A stretch of 64,000 bases of DNA, taken from IMG/VR virus record IMGVR_UViG_3300025098_000012, positions 162,699 to 226,698 of that record. The stretch is one strand, 5' to 3'. Positions 58,443 to 64,000 of this stretch are shown here, in pieces. The first letter of the stretch is position 1. Every line of letters starts with the position of its first letter. The notes under the pieces were generated by a model, which had not been told where the DNA came from, searched no databases, and saw nothing but the letters and a program-made list of their open reading frames with translations. A program made the translations under genes and the position numbers.

Positions 58443-58519
58443 ACGACATTATACAATAAATAAGGGGTTACAGTTGTAGTTTCTTTATCGCTCTCAATAT
58501 AAAGAAAAAGGAGCTTACT

Positions 58520-60382
58520 ATGCAGAATATAACTAGTAGAATAAGACCACCAAGAGCAGTAGTCGAACAGATCGAAGAATACCTATTAAGCCAAGTCGGG
58601 GTATACGAAACCCTTAATCTAAATGTTAATGTTCCCCCACCTCCAAGAACTCGTGGTTATGTAGAGGACTTAGACTTGAGAGTGGAGATAATTCCTCCTC
58701 ATGCGTCTGAAAAATATAATAGAGTTGAAGCTAAATATGACTCTACGAACTCTGTTCTTTATGTGAACCTCCCCTACTTTGAAAAAAAATATGAGGGAAG
58801 GGAACTAGCAGAAGCTCTTTACAGAGTAGTCGCTCACGAGCTAGTTCATGTATATCAAATCCTTTATACTAGATCACGAGATGGCGATCCGAGATCTGAC
58901 TCTCCAACAGCAGGGCTTCCTGGACTTAGAGAGAGAACCCCACAATATAGACAGGAAACAGGTGAGATACTTGACCATCGTTTAGACGACAATGAGTTTT
59001 ACCCACGCTTAGAGGACACCATCAATGCAATCAACTTTGTAGCGAGAACAAGGCAAGATGAGATAGCGAGTATCATTTCTTATGTTGTAGGTGAGTCAAA
59101 ACGACCAGCGTACCGTTCTAAGCACTTAAGAGAGCCTATGGCATGGCTTGAAGACTTAGGGAAGTACGCACCTAAAAAGTTCCTCAAAGCTGTGAGAAAG
59201 ATCAAGAACGAGTTCCCCGAAACAGCAAAAATGCGTACTGCCGATTTCTTTAGGCAGGTTAGTCCTCCCGATGAGTTAAGTACCTTTAGTAATGGAACAC
59301 CCACAGGTAAAGGAACAGACCTTAAAGACAAAGGTGAAGGCTCTCAAATGCCAAATGGAGATGGAGCTAGGAATATAGGTCGCCCTAGCCCCGACTCCCC
59401 TAACCTTAAATCAAGAAATCTTGATCGCTCTGAGTCTTATGGTCGTAAGCCTGCTGAGGGATTTGATGGAGGTTATGTGCATGATAGTGGTAGCGGTAGT
59501 GCTAGGGTTATCCCTTATGATAGTGGTTTTGCGAACAACTCATCTCCTTTGAGAAAAGCGTCAAAGCGTGTTGCTCACAGATACTTAGATTCATTAAAAG
59601 CACCTTCGATGAAGACATCGGCAAGACCGATACGCATTGATAAAGCTAAGATCAAAGAGATGACTAAGGATGCGATCAAAACCCTTGAGGACATAGTTAA
59701 GAAAACTAAGGAGGAAACCTTATCCAAAGCTATCAAACGCAAGACGAGAGACGGAACTATATTTCTAGGTAGCTACCTAGATTCTGGTTCCTCTATTGAG
59801 ATTCAGATCATGGTCAAAGAAACGCACGAAAATGGGCAGTACATCTACAATCCACAAAGGGGTTTGCATGAGATCGAAATCTATCTTGCAGATAGAACCG
59901 TCAAAGAACTGACTCACCCTTATCTGTATAAAATGTCAATAAGACCAGCGATGGTTAAGCACATATACTCTATTCTCATACATGAGATTACTCATGCCGT
60001 TGAGCGAATCCGATACTTGCAGACTGACGAGGACTTGCTAGGCTTTGGTTTAAATCAAGGATCTAGGTTTGATAAGGCAAAGATCAAGACACGCAAAGAC
60101 AAAGATAAGGTATTAAAGGCGTATTACAATGACCCTAGCGAGGTTAAGGCTTACCTCCAACAGATTGCTGATGAAGTAGAGGAATACCTTAACCAAAAGC
60201 ATGGAGGGCTGTCTAAAGAATCCCTACAGTCTGGTTGGAGAGATTCTTTTGGTTATTACGGTTCTAAGACTTGGGATCAAGTTTCTAAATACCTCACCCC
60301 AAAGAACCAAAAGTATATCAAGAAAGCAGTGCTCTCACATCTCATAGAGACCATAGACTCAAAGGAATCAACCAATGGCTAA
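58520..60382 (+). CDS. Polyprotein-like late protein with two HExxH metallopeptidase-like modules
   Basis: AHELVHVYQ...DDNEFY and IHEITHAVE...DPSEVKAY; RTAD, RKAS, RVAHRYL, KTSA boundaries; late motif at 58476. Confidence 0.75.
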   Translation: MQNITSRIRPPRAVVEQIEEYLLSQVGVYETLNLNVNVPPPPRTRGYVEDLDLRVEIIPPHASEKYNRVEAKYDSTNSVLYVNLPYFEKKYEGRELAEALYRVVAHELVHVYQILYTRSRDGDPRSDSPTAGLPGLRERTPQYRQETGEILDHRLDDNEFYPRLEDTINAINFVARTRQDEIASIISYVVGESKRPAYRSKHLREPMAWLEDLGKYAPKKFLKAVRKIKNEFPETAKMRTADFFRQVSPPDELSTFSNGTPTGKGTDLKDKGEGSQMPNGDGARNIGRPSPDSPNLKSRNLDRSESYGRKPAEGFDGGYVHDSGSGSARVIPYDSGFANNSSPLRKASKRVAHRYLDSLKAPSMKTSARPIRIDKAKIKEMTKDAIKTLEDIVKKTKEETLSKAIKRKTRDGTIFLGSYLDSGSSIEIQIMVKETHENGQYIYNPQRGLHEIEIYLADRTVKELTHPYLYKMSIRPAMVKHIYSILIHEITHAVERIRYLQTDEDLLGFGLNQGSRFDKAKIKTRKDKDKVLKAYYNDPSEVKAYLQQIADEVEEYLNQKHGGLSKESLQSGWRDSFGYYGSKTWDQVSKYLTPKNQKYIKKAVLSHLIETIDSKESTNG

Positions 60383-62336
60383 AAATGTACCTACCGATGA
60401 GAAGTTATGGACTGAGATACAATCTCTAGCTAAAGGTGAGTCTAGTAAGCCTGTTTCTAGGGGTAAAGAGTCTGTCAATCCTGTGAATGATGGGAAAGGG
60501 TTTGAAACTTTCCCATCGGCTTATGCTAACGGTTGGGCTTTGGCTCAGTACAAGCGACTAGGTGGTAAGTGGAAAAAGGAATCTAAAAAAGCAGGTCTGA
60601 TAAGACCTCCAAAACATATTGTAGATAAAGTTTCAGAGATACTGACGGCAGGGTTTGCTTCTTATTGGGTTGGGAAGCAAAAGGAAATGGATAATAAACC
60701 GTATTTATCTATATCTCTTGAAAAGATCTCTAACTTTGAAAACCTTATCGAAGATTTAGATGAAGCGTATATGTCCGTAAGGATGAAACGAGCTACTTTT
60801 GATGAATTGGAAAGAGCTTTAAGAGCTTTGAGAGTATCGACTCAAGAGCTTATAGATATGTTTAAAGGGCGAATACCTCCTACCCTTGAAAAGATGAGTC
60901 ATATTTTAGAAAACATGAGTCCGATTAGTGTCTTTGAAGAACCTAAAAAATATAAAAAAGAATTTATGTTTTTAGGTAGGACATTCGGTTTAATTTCAGA
61001 GTTGAGATCTCTGAGACAAGATCCTGTTTCTTACATCTCAGAGAAATCAAGGGCATTATATGAGGGTGAAGCTAATAAAGTTAAAAGGTTTGATAAATTC
61101 TTAGATCGACCTTCTCAATCGACATGGATTTTTCAAACAGAAGATTTAGGCACACTTCGGTTACAAGTAAGAGAATCTAAGGGTGCTAAGGGTTTAGCGT
61201 ATTATCGTTATGATGAAATTGATGATCTACATACAATAACCGTTAGGGTGTTTCCTAACTCCAATGACTTGAGTGGGGAAGATCTAGGTAAGATTAAAGA
61301 TTATGTACGGCATGAGTTAGTTCATGCTATGCAAAAAAAAATGTCATTGGACTTCAATGTTGATCAAGCAGGTATTCCTTTCCAAAAGCGAGATATGACT
61401 TACTTGCAAGGACATAAATACAAAGAAAAAGACCTTAAAGCTCAATATGAAAGAGAGGGTCTTGACTCAGATTTGGTAAGTATCCATGCACTTGATGACA
61501 TCGAGTTTTATACGAGACTTTTAGATGAAGTGGTGGAATTTCAGAGACTTAATGTGAGTGGTTCAGACCTTAATCAAGAGGTGCATGAGTGGGTGTCCAA
61601 AAGAAAATTTTTTGTAAGTTTAAAAAGGTTTAAGAAAAAGAATTGGAACAAGGCTGTTGGTATTTTCTTTGAAGCAGTCAGTTCTAATCGAAAGTATGCT
61701 CGTAAGTGGGACAAAGATCATTGTGAGTCTAAGAGTTGCGATGAGATGGGCTTCTCTGAAAAGGCTTCATGTCGCCCCTATAAGAACTGCTACGAGAAGT
61801 CAGCGTCCTCCAAAGTTAAACCCATGTACTTAGGTTCAGAAAGTGGAGCGATGGCTTACGATTTCTACTTTATGCGTGTGGAAAAGGATTACTATTACCA
61901 CTACACATACAGAGATCGTGCCGAAGAAATAATAGAGGATGGTTATTTAAGACCCAATTTCTACAACGATCAACCAGGAGGACAAGGTGTTTTTGCCATC
62001 TCTGGATCTTATGGACAAGAGGTCACAGACCTTCAAGTCAGTGGTTCTAGGAAAAAACACATGGATAGGATAGTTGCCCTCAAGTTTAAGACTAAAACTG
62101 AGCCTAAGTATGGATACCCCGAAGAAATCATTTGGGATAAACCTGTGAAACTTATTCGACCAGAGATTGTTAGCTTTTCGGAAGCTGAGGCAGACATTAA
62201 GAGGAATGAGGACTTAGGAGAATACTTCAAGGTATTTTACGACTTTAAGAAGGCTGTCGAGATTAAAAAAGAATATGGAACAGTGATCTCTAGGGTTGCT
62301 CACAGATACTTAAGGAATCTAAAAAATGAAACATAA
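60375..62336 (+). CDS. Polyprotein-like protein: small basic module, HExxH module, Cys module, ART-like module
   Basis: FPSAYANGW; RHELVHAMQ...DDIEFY; WDKDHC...MGFSEKASC; YHYTY...IIEDGYLRP; terminal RVAHRYL. Confidence 0.75.
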   Translation: MAKNVPTDEKLWTEIQSLAKGESSKPVSRGKESVNPVNDGKGFETFPSAYANGWALAQYKRLGGKWKKESKKAGLIRPPKHIVDKVSEILTAGFASYWVGKQKEMDNKPYLSISLEKISNFENLIEDLDEAYMSVRMKRATFDELERALRALRVSTQELIDMFKGRIPPTLEKMSHILENMSPISVFEEPKKYKKEFMFLGRTFGLISELRSLRQDPVSYISEKSRALYEGEANKVKRFDKFLDRPSQSTWIFQTEDLGTLRLQVRESKGAKGLAYYRYDEIDDLHTITVRVFPNSNDLSGEDLGKIKDYVRHELVHAMQKKMSLDFNVDQAGIPFQKRDMTYLQGHKYKEKDLKAQYEREGLDSDLVSIHALDDIEFYTRLLDEVVEFQRLNVSGSDLNQEVHEWVSKRKFFVSLKRFKKKNWNKAVGIFFEAVSSNRKYARKWDKDHCESKSCDEMGFSEKASCRPYKNCYEKSASSKVKPMYLGSESGAMAYDFYFMRVEKDYYYHYTYRDRAEEIIEDGYLRPNFYNDQPGGQGVFAISGSYGQEVTDLQVSGSRKKHMDRIVALKFKTKTEPKYGYPEEIIWDKPVKLIRPEIVSFSEAEADIKRNEDLGEYFKVFYDFKKAVEIKKEYGTVISRVAHRYLRNLKNET

Positions 62337-64000
62337 GTCTTTAATCGAAAAGGTGGCCCAACGCTATTTAGAGTCTGTAAAGCGTGATGATCCTAAAAAA
62401 AAGAACACTGGTAAGGGTGGGTTAGGTACTTGGTTTGCAGGGCATGGTGGTGGAGATCCCGATGATCGTGCTACATGGGGCGATTGGATTGCTATAACAC
62501 CTGTAAAACACACTATCAAAAAAGAAGATGGAGAGGACAAGACCTATGAACCAGGAGACATTGTTGGCCCATGTGCCATATCTAGTGAAAAAGAGTGGTC
62601 AGATGTTACAAGTGGGGGAAAAAAACCCCTCAAGTGTATGCCACGAGAAAAAGCATGGAAAATGCCCAAGAAAGACCGAGCCGAGATTGCCAAAAAGAAA
62701 AGGCGGGAAGAAGCGAAGCATCGTGGGAAGAAGCCTGTTAATACTCCGACTTTCTCTGATGAAGCTAAAGAGATCACAGAGAAAAAGAAGAAGACTTCTG
62801 GCTTAATCAGACCTCCAAAACACATTGTAGATCAAGTAGCAGAAATAGGTAAAGGATTACTCGCCCAATACTGGATTAAAAGGGAAAAAGAGGATAGCTC
62901 CAAAGGTGGACTAGATCCAGAGTCTGTTGAGGGTCTTGAGTGGATACTTGAGGATCTTGATTATCTGCCACTTGGGGTCAAAAGAGGTGAACATGATGAG
63001 GAAGAAGTGATCTTCCAAGTCAGAAATGTACAGAGAGCTTTTTCCGAGATAGATGAACAGATGGAATCTGCAAACCTCAAATACTCAGACTTCCACAAAA
63101 TCAAGACAAAGATAGATCAGCTCGATGCACAGAGCATCTTTAATGACCCAAGAGGGAATAAGGCTCTCATCGGGTCTATCTCGGATAGGGCATCTGATTT
63201 ACTTCGTGAGTTTAAAAAATGGTCAACAGGGAGTAAACAATACATCCCCACCTTAATGCGTAATGACTACCTTGAAGCTGTCGAACGACTGTCAAAGTAC
63301 AAGGTCAAGGACAGTGGTAGATACTATGTTGAAGATGATGAGCTAGGCTTAGTGGCAGTACATCTTCAAGAGTCCTCACATGGTGCGGCTCAATACTATT
63401 GGGATGGTATTCACCACATCATATTTAATGTTCTCAAGAATATGACTGAACTCCCTCTCAAGTATTTAACAGATCGAGAAACGATAGCAGGACATGAGCT
63501 AGTTCATGCAATGCAACAACATTACGCTAATAAAGCGAACATAGAGGAAGCAGGATTACCAAGTCAGAAAAGAGATGAACAGTTTCGTTTTGACATGAAG
63601 GAGAAACAGAAAGAGCTGAGAGTCCAATATGCTAGAGAGGGGATGGATTTTGAGCTGATCTCTATCCATGCGTTAGATGACATAGAGTTTTACTCTCGCC
63701 TACTCGATGAGGTTACTGAGTTCAAAAGACGCAATAAGGGTCTTAATGATGAAATACATAAATGGGTAAAAAAACGACCTTTTTTTGTAAGTCTTAAGAG
63801 ATTTAAGCGTAGGAATTGGAAAAAAGCAGTAGGCATCTTTGTTGATGCTGTGCAACTTAAAGCTAAGTCAGCTAGTCGGGTAGCTCATCTCTATTTGCAA
63901 GCGGCTGCTCAACCTGCACAAGACCTAGCAGGTGTCAAAACATGGGTCGATAAAACCCGACAAGACCAAATCAATAACGATACCTCTACCCCAAATAAAT
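62326..64000 (+). CDS. Partial polyprotein-like protein with HExxH module (runs off the window)
   Basis: Hand translation MKHKSLIEKVAQRYL...KKTSGLIRPPKHIVD...GHELVHAMQ...HALDDIEFYSRLLDEV...KSASRVAHLYL; not in the track. Confidence 0.8.
   Translation, partial: MKHKSLIEKVAQRYLESVKRDDPKKKNTGKGGLGTWFAGHGGGDPDDRATWGDWIAITPVKHTIKKEDGEDKTYEPGDIVGPCAISSEKEWSDVTSGGKKPLKCMPREKAWKMPKKDRAEIAKKKRREEAKHRGKKPVNTPTFSDEAKEITEKKKKTSGLIRPPKHIVDQVAEIGKGLLAQYWIKREKEDSSKGGLDPESVEGLEWILEDLDYLPLGVKRGEHDEEEVIFQVRNVQRAFSEIDEQMESANLKYSDFHKIKTKIDQLDAQSIFNDPRGNKALIGSISDRASDLLREFKKWSTGSKQYIPTLMRNDYLEAVERLSKYKVKDSGRYYVEDDELGLVAVHLQESSHGAAQYYWDGIHHIIFNVLKNMTELPLKYLTDRETIAGHELVHAMQQHYANKANIEEAGLPSQKRDEQFRFDMKEKQKELRVQYAREGMDFELISIHALDDIEFYSRLLDEVTEFKRRNKGLNDEIHKWVKKRPFFVSLKRFKRRNWKKAVGIFVDAVQLKAKSASRVAHLYLQAAAQPAQDLAGVKTWVDKTRQDQINNDTSTPNK

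Noticed and set aside
1-64000. Stop-codon reassignment
   Set aside because: Conserved genes are full length in code 11, and TAA, TAG and TGA all terminate genes

Overview
This is a 64-kb segment of a large tailed dsDNA phage (Caudoviricetes, probably jumbo-sized), densely coded in the standard bacterial code. It holds a head module (HK97-type major capsid protein, decoration protein, EF-hand-bearing scaffold, prohead protease, and a distant portal). Replication/repair genes include a bacterial-type DnaX/HolA/HolB clamp loader, a split Rad50 plus Mre11, RecD2, UvrD, an SNF2 helicase, topoisomerase IB and a primase Zn finger. Metabolic genes include nrdA, nrdB, guaC with a mini-intein, purA, SOD and a flavoprotein; there are also a NusG paralog and two homing endonucleases. 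An RHH gene resembling a Myxococcus small-protein family hints at a Myxococcota-like Gram-negative host. The most striking pattern is an apparent capsid-loading system. About 22 copies of a motif (RTAGWYNNTTTAT-like) sit upstream of head genes and of unrelated small genes. A mobile DNA cassette (motif + 5'UTR + RBS + leader MRRSASE-I--LE-RIARLE) is fused to unrelated payloads, with two copies identical over 82 bp. A second tag (RVAx[RK][YF]) and [KR]-x-A/S boundary sites mark enzymes (GNAT, HAD, 2H, WGR, HExxH peptidase and ART-like modules) as likely packaged, protease-processed and injected cargo. A second promoter motif (GTAACCCCTTATYYAT) also drives an unrecognised ~250-nt structured ncRNA candidate. 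Family calls are from motif recognition only; no searches were run. The ORF track mislabels 56411..56740 as minus: it is on the plus strand.
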